Source: Candidatus Saccharimonadota bacterium (GTDB taxonomy: Bacteria > Patescibacteriota > Patescibacteriia > 2-12-FULL-60-25). Taken from it: a stretch of DNA of 32,000 bases. A program made the translations under genes and the position numbers. Positions 8,032 through 17,077 of this stretch are shown here, piece after piece. Position 1 is the stretch's first letter. The number at the start of each line of letters is the position of its first letter. The notes beneath the pieces are model-generated. The model searched no databases, was not told where the DNA came from, and was given only the letters and a program-made list of their open reading frames with translations. The stretch is taken from NCBI GenBank assembly GCA_963718585.1, contig OY970357.1, positions 540,001 through 572,000 on the forward strand, written 5' to 3'.

Positions 8032-8340
8032 ATGTTTTCCAAACTCAAACAGGTCCGAAACCTCCAATCCAAAGCCAAAGAGATCCAGAATGCCCTCGGT
8101 CAGGAGCGCGCCGAAGGCTCCGGCGGTTGGGGCAAGGTCAAAGTCGTCGTGGACGGCAATCAAAACGTCATCTCCGTGACCATCGATCCGTCGGTGATGT
8201 CTGATAAGACCAAACTCGAAGAAATGGTCCGAGAGGCCGCGAACGACGCGATGAACAAGATCCGCAAAGTCCTGACATCGAAGATGAAAGATCTTGGTGG
8301 TCTCGACATCGCCAGAGAAGCCCAAGAAATGCTGAAGTAA
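8032..8340 (+). CDS. ybaB: Nucleoid-associated protein YbaB/EbfC
   Basis: Length ~100 aa. The GKVKVVVDGNQNVISVTIDPSV...EEMVREAANDAMNK pattern fits the family, and the gene is adjacent to recR. Confidence 0.85.
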   Translation: MFSKLKQVRNLQSKAKEIQNALGQERAEGSGGWGKVKVVVDGNQNVISVTIDPSVMSDKTKLEEMVREAANDAMNKIRKVLTSKMKDLGGLDIAREAQEMLK

Positions 8341-8377
8341 GGAACGGACGGTATCCGCTTCCCTTTTACGTTCCCGC

Positions 8378-8998
8378 ATGGCGATACCCAAACCCATCCA
8401 CGATGCCGCGGCGGCCTTTGACCGCCTGCCCGGGGTCGGCCCACGGGCGGCATTGCGATATGCGTATTGGCTCGCCGCCCAACCAAAAGAAGAGCTTCGA
8501 AGATTCGCGCGTGCACTTGAAGCTGTTGCGGACGGGATCACGCGATGCGAGATCTGCGGGACATGGACCGACCCGGATGGCTGTACCATCTGCACAGACC
8601 CCCGACGAAAGCCCGACCAGCTCTGTGTCGTCGCATCAAGTCAGGACGTCCGCGTGATCGAAGAATCCGGCGCATTCTCCGGGCGTTTCCATGTCCTCGG
8701 CGGATTGATCGACCCGGTGGAGGGCCGGACGCCGGAAACCCTGAACATCGCGTCCCTCTTCCGGCGTATCGCAGACGCGGACGGATCGATCCGTGAGATC
8801 ATCTTTGCTTTCGATCCCGACGTCTCCGGAGACATGACGGCACTGTATCTCGCAAAACGCCTCGCGACTTCCCCAGTCACGATCACACGACTGGCGCGCG
8901 GGCTGCAAAACGGGGCTCAGATCGAATATGCGGACGGCGCGACCATCGCCGACGCGCTCAAGAATCGAAAGGACCTTGATTCCCCATCAGATCCTTGA
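8378..8998 (+). CDS. recR: Recombination protein RecR
   Basis: The HhH motif RLPGVGPRAALRYAYWL, the C4 zinc finger CEICGTWTDPDGCTIC, and a Toprim region. Confidence 0.95.
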   Translation: MAIPKPIHDAAAAFDRLPGVGPRAALRYAYWLAAQPKEELRRFARALEAVADGITRCEICGTWTDPDGCTICTDPRRKPDQLCVVASSQDVRVIEESGAFSGRFHVLGGLIDPVEGRTPETLNIASLFRRIADADGSIREIIFAFDPDVSGDMTALYLAKRLATSPVTITRLARGLQNGAQIEYADGATIADALKNRKDLDSPSDP

Positions 8999-9058
8999 CA
9001 TCGGTCGTATCGCAAGGTACCGGTACAGGTGTTCTTCGCCCCTTGCAAAGGAGGTCTC

Positions 9059-9439
9059 GTGGAAAAAACCTATCGAAAAAATGTCTGCACTGCCTGCGGA
9101 TCACCCGTGAACAAGCAGGGGAAATGCATCATGCCGGGCTGTCACGGCCATTCAGACCCCTCCATCCATCCCGGACCGCTCCCGTCGCTCAAGACCGTGG
9201 CGTATCCGCCGGATATGAAACTCCCATCGTCCACCGAGCCCCCACCTGTGGACGATGCGGAAGATGACGCACCGGATCTCCTGGTCGCTGAACTCCCTCC
9301 GGATGAAAGCGACCAGCTCGAGATCGACGTTGCCCTTGAGAATCTCGAAGAAGATCACCTTCTTCCCCCGTCCCAAAAGGACGCACAGGCCGCAGAGCCA
9401 GCCCCCTCCTCACCCCTCTCCACAAAGGAGGAAGATTGA
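9059..9439 (+). CDS. Zinc-ribbon protein with a disordered Pro/acid-rich tail (orphan)
   Basis: CTACGSPVNKQGKCIMPGC. A GTG start at 9059 is preceded by AAAGGAGG (9047-9054). The ORF track starts at GTG 9029. Confidence 0.55.
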   Translation: MEKTYRKNVCTACGSPVNKQGKCIMPGCHGHSDPSIHPGPLPSLKTVAYPPDMKLPSSTEPPPVDDAEDDAPDLLVAELPPDESDQLEIDVALENLEEDHLLPPSQKDAQAAEPAPSSPLSTKEED

Positions 9440-9465
9440 CCGCCTCTCATGGCGGTCTTTGTTTT
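9438..9465 (+). terminator. Rho-independent terminator
   Basis: GACCGCC-tctcat-GGCGGTC followed by TTTGTTTT. Confidence 0.7.
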
Positions 9466-9585
9466 GCCTACCGTAACGTTTCCCCCATCCCTGCGTATGA
9501 TACAATTATTCCTATCACCGCCTCTTGACAGAGACGTTCTGATAGGCTTCGTTTTTTCGTATCGCACATTCACCAAGGAGGTGCC

Positions 9586-10023
9586 GTGATCGATCCAAAG
9601 ATCTGTCCGCGATGCAGGGCCCCGGTCCGTCCGGATGGGTCATGCATCCGTGCCGCGTGTCGAAAAGACGCGCGCGTAAGTCAGCTCCCGACCATCCAGG
9701 CACCCCCAGAGTATCTGGAAGGCACGAGCGCGTCGGAGGGAACGCATCCATCCGAACTGATCGAATGTGCACGGTGCGGTTCGCGGATCGCACCGCTCGG
9801 CCGAACCTGTCCGGAATGCGGGACTGAACGAAAGGAAACGGAACCACCGTCGCCCTACGACGTCATCCGGTCCGGGATCCCGATGCCGAACGTCCCTTCG
9901 ATCCCTGCTCCACGGTCCTCACGACGGATCAAAAAGCCTCAGACCTCGACCATGTACCGGATCGTTGATCCGGGGATCGTGGAGAACATCCATATTCCCG
10001 CGAAAAAAAGCGGTTCTCACTAA
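9586..10023 (+). CDS. Double zinc-ribbon protein (orphan), paralogous at its N-terminus to the upstream gene
   Basis: CPRCRAPVRPDGSCIRAAC plus CARCGSRIAPLGRTCPECG. The GTG start is preceded by AAGGAGG (9575-9581). Confidence 0.6.
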   Translation: MIDPKICPRCRAPVRPDGSCIRAACRKDARVSQLPTIQAPPEYLEGTSASEGTHPSELIECARCGSRIAPLGRTCPECGTERKETEPPSPYDVIRSGIPMPNVPSIPAPRSSRRIKKPQTSTMYRIVDPGIVENIHIPAKKSGSH

Positions 10024-10055
10024 AACGCCCCCGATGTTCGGGGGCGTTCTTCTTT
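10024..10055. terminator. Bidirectional terminator between convergent genes
   Basis: AACGCCCCCGA-tgt-TCGGGGGCGTT followed by CTTCTTT. Confidence 0.75.
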
Positions 10056-10063
10056 GGTCTTGA

Positions 10064-10372
10064 TTAGGCCAATTTGGTGATCTTGACCTTGGTGAACGGC
10101 TGACGATGGCCAACACGGCGGCGGTACTTGGACTTGGCCTTGTATTTGACCACATCCACCTTCTTTCCCATCCCGTGGGCAACGATCTCACCCGAGACCT
10201 TGGCGGAAAGCATCGGCGTTCCGACGTCCACTTTCGAGCCGTCCTCCTCGGCGGTCAGCAACACGTCGAACGAGACGGGCTTCCCCACCTCCGTGTCCAG
10301 CTTTTCGACGGTCAGGACATCCCCTTCTTTCACGAGGTACTGCTTTCCCCCGGTCTTGATGACGGCAAACAT
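10064..10372 (-). CDS. rplU: 50S ribosomal protein L21
   Basis: MFAVIKTGGKQYLVKEGDVLTVEKL...; 102 aa. Confidence 0.95.
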   Translation of the reverse strand: MFAVIKTGGKQYLVKEGDVLTVEKLDTEVGKPVSFDVLLTAEEDGSKVDVGTPMLSAKVSGEIVAHGMGKKVDVVKYKAKSKYRRRVGHRQPFTKVKITKLA

Positions 10373-10422
10373 AGTGCGAAGAGGATACTCGAAACCACCC
10401 CCTGTGTCAAATCCCGCCGACC

Positions 10423-11127
10423 CTAGAGATACCCGAAGGGATTAGGGTTACTGACGCCATTCTTGTTCCCGACCCGGATAGCAACATCGCGCATCTTCGT
10501 GGCCGCCTCCTTCGCCTTCCTCATGAGTTCATGCGTCGCCTCAACATCCACGCCTTCTGCCCGCATCTGCTCCCTGATGCGATCCTTCTCGTGCTCGAGA
10601 CCGTCTTCGAGGAGTTTCACCATCTTCGTGAAATCGACGCCTCTCCATCCGGGGTATGTCTCTTGGCCCTGCTTCGGATCTCGTGCCCATTCTTGAAAAG
10701 CCCTCAATATTTCTTGATACTCGCGTCTTTGTTCTGAATCGACTAACTGATCCAAGGCACACGCCCTGACCGTTGGGAGGTAATACCCATCATATATTGC
10801 TTGCAACCCTTCCTTCGAAAGGTCTGTCCTATCTACCGATTTCGCCAACTTCGTTTGTGTGTTTCGTTCTTCGACATAGCCTGCCGCCCCTTCCTTTTCT
10901 GCTTGCTGCTGTATGCGTTCAAACGCGTCAACCTCAACGAACGTGGCATACGGTTCTTCATCAGCAGATTTCACCAACAGACCGTCATATTTTGCCCGCA
11001 GATCGGTCACCGCGCTCCACGGACTTCGGAGATCATGTCGGGTGAAAAAAGATCTCCCTGCGGCGAACGCTTCAACCATTTCCTTGGCTTTGTCAGAGAT
11101 CGCATGCTCCTGCTCTTTTCGTGGCAT
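10423..11127 (-). CDS. Hypothetical protein (234 aa, Glu/Lys/Asp-rich, no TM helix)
   Basis: A long clean ORF in an operon-like position 50 nt upstream of rplU. Local GC is visibly lower (about 47-50% in the lines I hand-counted). I recognise no family. Confidence 0.6.
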   Translation of the reverse strand: MPRKEQEHAISDKAKEMVEAFAAGRSFFTRHDLRSPWSAVTDLRAKYDGLLVKSADEEPYATFVEVDAFERIQQQAEKEGAAGYVEERNTQTKLAKSVDRTDLSKEGLQAIYDGYYLPTVRACALDQLVDSEQRREYQEILRAFQEWARDPKQGQETYPGWRGVDFTKMVKLLEDGLEHEKDRIREQMRAEGVDVEATHELMRKAKEAATKMRDVAIRVGNKNGVSNPNPFGYL

Positions 11128-11151
11128 ATACTATTAATGATAAATACAGGA

Positions 11152-11628
11152 TCACGGAACGTCCACGCGCGTCCCCGTGGTCAGCCCAAGGTCTGACGCA
11201 CGGCCGGCAACGACCTCCAACACCCGATCCGCCGGCGCGATCGCCGTATGCGTAGGGATCGGACCCGCCGCCGCCGGCGCAGACATGGTGACCACATCCA
11301 CGACCGTTCCGTGATCGATCCAGACGATGTCCAGCGGAAAACGCATCTCACGCATCCAAAAGGTGCTCTGTGTCGAGGTCGGGAAAACGAACAACATTCC
11401 CTGATCCGGGGCTAAAGTCGGTCGTCCACTCAAGCCCTGGGCCCGCGCATCCGGCGTATCGACGACGTCCAGGACCATCCGATGTCCCCTGATATCCGTC
11501 GTGATCGTCTTCGCCGCCGCATGCGGATAGAACAAGAACCAGGCCATGAGCGCCGCGGCAGCGCCGATCGCCAAAAGGAACAAGCTCGATGAATGGACGA
11601 GTGATGTCTTGGGATGACGGTGAGGCAT
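11152..11628 (-). CDS. DUF192-family protein with an N-terminal signal/anchor
   Basis: The GLSGRPTLAPDQGMLFVF...FWMREMRFPLDIVWID pattern is typical of DUF192 (COG1430). Confidence 0.75.
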   Translation of the reverse strand: MPHRHPKTSLVHSSSLFLLAIGAAAALMAWFLFYPHAAAKTITTDIRGHRMVLDVVDTPDARAQGLSGRPTLAPDQGMLFVFPTSTQSTFWMREMRFPLDIVWIDHGTVVDVVTMSAPAAAGPIPTHTAIAPADRVLEVVAGRASDLGLTTGTRVDVP

Positions 11629-11646
11629 AGGTCGAATGAGAGAGGA

Positions 11647-12747
11647 TCAACGCGCGCGTGCTCGCAATCCGGCGAAGAAGGAGGCTAAAGCCGCACCAAG
11701 CACGAGCGCGATGATGAGGAAGAGCTTCCCACGCGTCTGGAGACCGAGCGCCGCAATACCTGCGGCGAGCGCGATCCCCCAATACAGGAAGACGGCGGCC
11801 CGATGGGAGACGCCAGCTTTCAATAATCGAAAATGCAGATGCGTATCGTCTCCACGGAACCACGGCGCATGCCTGCGGATACGGCCAGCGACGACAAAGA
11901 GGATATCGGCGATCGGGATGGCGAGCACGGCAAGCGCGATCGCGATCTTCGCACCGGAGAGGATCGCAAGGACGCCTAGTGAGAATCCGGCGAGCGTGCT
12001 TCCGGATTCGCCGAGGAATTGCTTCGCAGGATAGGCGTTGCGTGGAAGAAAGCCGATGAACGATCCACCGACAACGCCGGAAAGGATCGCGACCGACGGT
12101 TGAAAATAGGCCGCGGACAAAGAGAGTGCACCGACGATCCCCGCTCCGATCACCGTCAATCCGGTCACAAGGCCGTCGAGACCGTCCAGGATCTTCATGG
12201 CATACGTTGCGACCAGGAGCCACACGAACGTCAGCAGATCAGACGGGAGTGACAGCGACACCCGCTGTCCGATGATCTGACCTTCCCAATGCCCCCAGAC
12301 GAGCGAGAGCGCACCGTTGGACGCCGGGTTGGTGATCTGCACGATCCCGGTTCCGCTGACGATCACGGCAAAGGCCGCCAGAGCTGGGAAAACGATCTGC
12401 ACATATGGCGGCAATGGATGCCGGTCATCCCAGATCCCTCCGATGAGGAGAATAAGTGCTCCGATCACGAATCCCACGATCTGCGCCGGACGGATGTCCG
12501 TCGAGAGGATCCCTGAGGCAAAGGCGGCAAAGATCCCGATCGACAGCGCGAACGCGATCCCCAGACCGCCCCACAGGGGGATCGGCCGCGTATGGATCTT
12601 GCGCCCGCCGCTTGGTTGATCGAGCGCCCCAACTCGGACCGCAAGCGACGCGCTCACGTAGGACGACAGCCAGGAGATGACGCCAACGATGAACGCCGCG
12701 ATCACAGCGATCGTTCCGATGAAGAGGATATCCACCAATGGCGTCAT
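11647..12747 (-). CDS. Polyprenyl-phosphate N-acetylhexosamine-1-phosphate transferase (glycosyltransferase family 4, WecA/TagO-like)
   Basis: ALDQPSGGRKIHTRPIPLWGGLGIAF matches the WecA-type DxPxxRKxHxxxxPxxGG motif, and the protein is polytopic. The start MTPLVD at 12747 lies 4 nt after the upstream stop. Confidence 0.85.
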   Translation of the reverse strand: MTPLVDILFIGTIAVIAAFIVGVISWLSSYVSASLAVRVGALDQPSGGRKIHTRPIPLWGGLGIAFALSIGIFAAFASGILSTDIRPAQIVGFVIGALILLIGGIWDDRHPLPPYVQIVFPALAAFAVIVSGTGIVQITNPASNGALSLVWGHWEGQIIGQRVSLSLPSDLLTFVWLLVATYAMKILDGLDGLVTGLTVIGAGIVGALSLSAAYFQPSVAILSGVVGGSFIGFLPRNAYPAKQFLGESGSTLAGFSLGVLAILSGAKIAIALAVLAIPIADILFVVAGRIRRHAPWFRGDDTHLHFRLLKAGVSHRAAVFLYWGIALAAGIAALGLQTRGKLFLIIALVLGAALASFFAGLRARAR

Positions 12748-12751
12748 GGGA

Positions 12752-15499
12752 TCAAACGTCCGGCGCCTTTTCAACACGCAACGTCCCGCCGGGTTCAAGG
12801 ACGATCGTATCCTTCCGCCCCACCTCGTTGCGCAGGATGAGATCTGCCAGCGCATTGTCGACCCGATCCTGAATGACCCGGCGCAAGGGGCGCGCGCCGA
12901 ATTGTGGATCGAACCCCGCCTTTGCCAATTCCTCGACCGCCGCATCATCCGCGTGGAAGGTCACACCCTTTTGCCTCTCAAGACGCTTGGCGATCCCGTT
13001 GATCATGAGCCAGGCGATCTGAACGACATCGTCCATCGTGAGCGGCTTGAATACGATGACCCCGTCGAATCGGTTGAGAAACTCCGGATGATAGACCCGT
13101 TTCAGCTCCTGCTCGAGCAAGCCGGTCGTGATGCGCTCGATGGACGTCCCGCGTCCGATCTCAGACTGGATGTACGATGCGCCGGCGTTGGAGGTCGCGA
13201 TGAGCAGGACATTCGTAAAATCCACGGTCCGCCCGACACCGTCGGTCAAACGGCCGTCATCCATCACCTGCAGGAAGAGATTCAAGATATCCGGATGCGC
13301 TTTTTCGAGCTCATCAAGCAACAGGACGGTGAACGGCGTCTTTCGGATCGCTTCCGTCAGCAGACCGCCGCGCGCATCACCCGGCGCGCCGATCATACGG
13401 CTCACACTGTTCGATGCTTGATATTCGGACATATCCAGACGCACCATCGCCTCCTCGTTGCCGAAATATTCTGCCGCAAGCGCTTTCGCAAGCTCGGTCT
13501 TCCCGACCCCGGTCGGTCCGAGGAAGAGGAAATTCGCGATCGGCCGCTTCCCTTCCCGTAATTCGGCGCGAGCGCGCCGCAGGGCCTGGGCCACGGCCGT
13601 GACCGCCTGGTCCTGTCCGATCACGCGCTCATGGAGATGCGCCTCCATGTCGAGGAGCTTTTTAGATTCTGACTGCGTGACCGCTTCGACCGGGATATTC
13701 GTCTTATCGTGCATGACGCTCGCGACATCCTCACCCGTGACAAAGGTCTTCGTCCCTCGCTCCTTCCGCGCCAAGACCGCCGCCTCTCGCAGCACGTCGA
13801 GCGCTTGCTCCGGCTCGGCCTTTTCATGCAGATAGCGCGACGACAGATTGGCCGCTTGCTCGAGCGCCGCATAAGAAAAATAGACTTCGTTCTGATATTC
13901 GATCGTCCCACTCCGCGCCATGAGCACAGACAGCGTCTCCTCGACCCCCAGTGCCGGCACATCCACCTTTGCGAGCTTTGACGCGAGATTGCGACGTTCG
14001 AGGTACGACGTCCACGCATCCGGTGTCGTCGTCACGATGGCAAGGAGATAGCGCTTGTCGAGTTCCGTCGCAAGCATTTCTGCGAGATCAAAGGGTCCGG
14101 ATGATCCGCCGGTCAATGCTTCGACCCCGTTGAGCACGAGGACGATGTTTCCGGACTGTCCGGCCTCGTGCAACAACGCAAGAAAGCGCTCTGCCGCCAG
14201 ACCCGGATCCCCAGCCGCGATCACCTGCGGCAGACTCACGGAAACGAGCCGTTTATCGAACAGGATCGGCGGGACCGCCTCTTCCACCATCAACCGTGCG
14301 AGCTGTTCCACCATTGCGCTCTTTCCGGCGCCGTTCGGCCCGACGAGCGCCACGGCCAGTCGTCCGCCCTCGATCGCACGCATCAACTCCCCCATCTCAC
14401 GCGTGCGGCCGATGATCGGCGAAAGAAACCCGTTCCGTGCCGCCAATGTCAGATCCTCGCTGAAACGATCGAGGAGCGGCGTCACTCGCGCGGTCATCGC
14501 GCGGTTCATCGTGTTCTTCGGTTTGAGTGCGGCCAATGCCACGAACCGTTCATGATCTTCCCGCAGTTGATTGCGAAGACGGATCCATTCTCCGACACGA
14601 AGGACGTGCGTGGGCGGGAACCCGAGCTGATCGAACGTATCCTGGAGCTTTGGGCTGGCTTTGAAGGATTCGACGAACAGATCCATCGCATCCACGTGCT
14701 TTCGGTGCGTCGCCCGCGCATCGAGATAAGCCAAACCAAGCACGCGCTTCGCGTCCCGACTCAACGTGATCGGCGGCGCGCCGCCAGTCTCTGCCGTCAG
14801 CACCCGTGCCATCGGTCCTTTGACGCGATCGAACGGCATGCCCAACCGGACCATGAAGATGCCACCGGACGGACTGGCGAGGGCGGCGGCGAACAGGGCC
14901 GCCGGCGTGATCTCTGTCCGATGGAGACTCTTGGCGATGATGTATGCATTTTCCACGATGTCACGCGCCGGACCAGAAAAGAACGGGCCGATCGAAAAAC
15001 GATATTGTGTCCGTGCGCCAGCCGCCTTGTCGTGTGCGTCCATTTCCGCCGTCGGCACCTTCCAATTCGGCATGAGGCGTTCCTCATGCATGTATTCGGA
15101 TAGTCGGAAGATCAAAAAACATCCGATGAGTAGACCCAGCCAGAAGACGGTCACTTCCCATCCTCCACTGATCCAAAAATCGAATGTTTCAAGCGTCGCC
15201 AACCGATCCATTTGGCTGACGCCATATCCGAACAGGACAAGACACCCGATCCCAACGACCATCACGCTGAAGTTCACGAACGTATTGACGGAACGACGGA
15301 TCTTGCGGAATGCGATGGAAAAATCATCGACCGGTTCATCCCACACCAAAAATCCGTCCGGCGACGGGATCCCGATCCCCGCGCCACCGCACGCCTTGCA
15401 ATGCAGTGCTCGACGCGGATCGCCACCGCAGACCGTACAGAGGATCGCCTGTGGGGCGTTTCCAGCGGAGGGGGAGATATTGATATCGGTCACAGCCAT
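12752..15499 (-). CDS. Clp/Hsp100-family double AAA+ ATPase with an N-terminal zinc finger and two TM helices
   Basis: - N-terminus: CTVCGG...CKACGGAG, then two hydrophobic helices.
- Clp_N-like repeats follow.
- D1 has Walker A GPNGAGKS but IVLVLNGVE in place of the hhhhDE Walker B.
- D2 has GPTGVGKT and LLLDELEKAH.
- The start MAVTDIN at 15499 lies 1 nt after the upstream stop. Confidence 0.85.
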   Translation of the reverse strand: MAVTDINISPSAGNAPQAILCTVCGGDPRRALHCKACGGAGIGIPSPDGFLVWDEPVDDFSIAFRKIRRSVNTFVNFSVMVVGIGCLVLFGYGVSQMDRLATLETFDFWISGGWEVTVFWLGLLIGCFLIFRLSEYMHEERLMPNWKVPTAEMDAHDKAAGARTQYRFSIGPFFSGPARDIVENAYIIAKSLHRTEITPAALFAAALASPSGGIFMVRLGMPFDRVKGPMARVLTAETGGAPPITLSRDAKRVLGLAYLDARATHRKHVDAMDLFVESFKASPKLQDTFDQLGFPPTHVLRVGEWIRLRNQLREDHERFVALAALKPKNTMNRAMTARVTPLLDRFSEDLTLAARNGFLSPIIGRTREMGELMRAIEGGRLAVALVGPNGAGKSAMVEQLARLMVEEAVPPILFDKRLVSVSLPQVIAAGDPGLAAERFLALLHEAGQSGNIVLVLNGVEALTGGSSGPFDLAEMLATELDKRYLLAIVTTTPDAWTSYLERRNLASKLAKVDVPALGVEETLSVLMARSGTIEYQNEVYFSYAALEQAANLSSRYLHEKAEPEQALDVLREAAVLARKERGTKTFVTGEDVASVMHDKTNIPVEAVTQSESKKLLDMEAHLHERVIGQDQAVTAVAQALRRARAELREGKRPIANFLFLGPTGVGKTELAKALAAEYFGNEEAMVRLDMSEYQASNSVSRMIGAPGDARGGLLTEAIRKTPFTVLLLDELEKAHPDILNLFLQVMDDGRLTDGVGRTVDFTNVLLIATSNAGASYIQSEIGRGTSIERITTGLLEQELKRVYHPEFLNRFDGVIVFKPLTMDDVVQIAWLMINGIAKRLERQKGVTFHADDAAVEELAKAGFDPQFGARPLRRVIQDRVDNALADLILRNEVGRKDTIVLEPGGTLRVEKAPDV

Positions 15500-15500
15500 A

Positions 15501-15914
15501 TCACGCCGACATCGGGCCGGATGCGCCCCGGAGAAGATTCCAGATGAACAATACACCGAACAAGATCGGTGCGACGACCCATAGCACGATCCCGCCCATA
15601 TAGATCACCGCTTCCGCGCCAAGCGCGATGAAGCGTCCGATCAAAACGAAAAAACGGACAAAAACACTGATCAAGCGGGACGTCCAGTCCGATTGGCCGT
15701 ACATGGGCACGAAAAAATTCTTCAACCAGATGCGCAACGCCAAACTTTGCACGCGATGTCGTAACGCATTCATCGCGGCATGCAGGATCTTTGAAAGGCC
15801 GCTCGTATACCACCAGACAGGGAACCAAACCACGCTCCCCACGAGGTCGAAGGCGACGAGTCGGAATACGGCTTTTGTACGCGCTGGCACGCGCAAAGTA
15901 TACCACGGATACAA
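15501..15914 (-). CDS. Hypothetical small membrane protein, translationally coupled to the Clp-like gene
   Basis: It has 3-4 hydrophobic helices, and its stop and the downstream start read TGA-T-ATG. The start is uncertain (TTG at 15914). Confidence 0.55.
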   Translation of the reverse strand: MYPWYTLRVPARTKAVFRLVAFDLVGSVVWFPVWWYTSGLSKILHAAMNALRHRVQSLALRIWLKNFFVPMYGQSDWTSRLISVFVRFFVLIGRFIALGAEAVIYMGGIVLWVVAPILFGVLFIWNLLRGASGPMSA

Positions 15915-15957
15915 AAAACCGCCCCGCCGAATTCAGACGACGGAGCGGAAGAGAGGA

Positions 15958-16554
15958 TCACCATCCATCGTCGACATCCGATGTGTCGACCTTGACGGAG
16001 GGCGACACCGAAGATGGAGGCGTTTGCGACGCGTGATCTGAGACCGTATTGGACGGATCCTGCATCCGCATAAAGCGATCGCGTGTCTTTTGCATCTCCG
16101 GCGGGATCGATGGCTCCCTGACCGGGATCCGCATCTCGAGCAAAATACCCGTAATGCGGTCGTGTCGGTGAATGAACGCCACATCGTACGGAGAATTCAG
16201 ATGGCTCGCCAGTCGCTGTGCGGTCAAGGCGAACTCCTCGATCGGCGCGTTGAAGCCAAAGGGTCTCCAATACCGTTCGCGGACCGTCCCTGACGTGATC
16301 CACAACTCGATCTGAGTCCGGTGCTGTTCCGCACGCAGCGAGATCTCTAACATCCCTGGCAGCCATGCCGCGTGTTGCGCCATGCCCGCCAGGAGAAAGA
16401 TCACGATATGCGCCCCATCGTGCGGCCGAGAGACCGCTTCAAGGCGATCGAGCAGGTCCCGTATGGAAGCCCCGTCTCGTGTCGCCGTCACCAGCTTTCT
16501 GACATCAGCTGGTTTGATGTCCCGACAGGTCTTGATCGTTTCAAAGGTGCTCAC
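15958..16554 (-). CDS. Hypothetical cytoplasmic protein (198 aa, orphan)
   Basis: The GTG start is preceded by GGAGG with 5-nt spacing. I recognise no TM helix or family. Confidence 0.55.
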   Translation of the reverse strand: MSTFETIKTCRDIKPADVRKLVTATRDGASIRDLLDRLEAVSRPHDGAHIVIFLLAGMAQHAAWLPGMLEISLRAEQHRTQIELWITSGTVRERYWRPFGFNAPIEEFALTAQRLASHLNSPYDVAFIHRHDRITGILLEMRIPVREPSIPPEMQKTRDRFMRMQDPSNTVSDHASQTPPSSVSPSVKVDTSDVDDGW

Positions 16555-16600
16555 TCATACCTCCAACATGACCCTAGCGAATGCCGTCCGGTCCGTAAAG

Positions 16601-16642
16601 GGATATGCAAAACTCCTCTGCACACGCATGACAGAGGAGTTT
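16601..16642 (-). terminator. Strong hairpin, terminator-like on the minus strand, after the FtsL-like gene
   Basis: On the minus strand: AAACTCCTCTG-11 nt-CAGAGGAGTTT followed by TGCAT. Confidence 0.5.
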
Positions 16643-16672
16643 CGGGACGAGTCCCTTCCGGGCTCGTTTCGA

Positions 16673-16688
16673 AAGCGTGCGCACGCTT
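16673..16688. repeat. Perfect 16-nt palindrome
   Basis: AAGCGTGCGCACGCTT. Confidence 0.6.
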
Positions 16689-16711
16689 CCCAAACGAACC
16701 TGCAGGGGAGG

Positions 16712-17077
16712 TCAGTTGGCCAAGGCGTACGAACCGCCGGTCGGATTGATGAATTCCAGATTGTCCACCGGGACGAGACCCAGTTGAGACGCCCGATCGC
16801 TCAAAGATCTCAATGAGGACTCCGACACGAACGTGCTCTGAAGGACCGCAACATTGGTCTTGAGACCATCTACGCGTCGCTGGCTATTCCGGAGGTTGTA
16901 TGCGCGGGTCGCGGACGCATTGATGCTCACGACATAAAAGCACATCATCGCCACAGTGGTCGCGGCGATCGCGATATTCCAACCGGCGATCCCGTGCGGG
17001 AGGCGACGTCCGATCGGCTGGGGCAACCCCAGGGCTTCGTGCGGCTTTGTCATGGAAATGGCAAACGCGTGAGACAT
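16712..17077 (-). CDS. FtsL-like cell-division protein (single TM helix plus extracytoplasmic coiled region)
   Basis: It sits directly after mraZ-rsmH. It is 121 aa with one TM helix (WNIAIAATTVAMMCFYVVSI). The call rests mainly on position. Confidence 0.55.
   Translation of the reverse strand: MSHAFAISMTKPHEALGLPQPIGRRLPHGIAGWNIAIAATTVAMMCFYVVSINASATRAYNLRNSQRRVDGLKTNVAVLQSTFVSESSLRSLSDRASQLGLVPVDNLEFINPTGGSYALAN

Noticed and set aside
12677-15584. Plus-strand ORFs of 294, 311 and 272 aa antisense to the Clp-like gene.
   Set aside because: The Clp-like frame has unmistakable AAA+ motifs. The antisense ORFs have no motifs and a biased composition.
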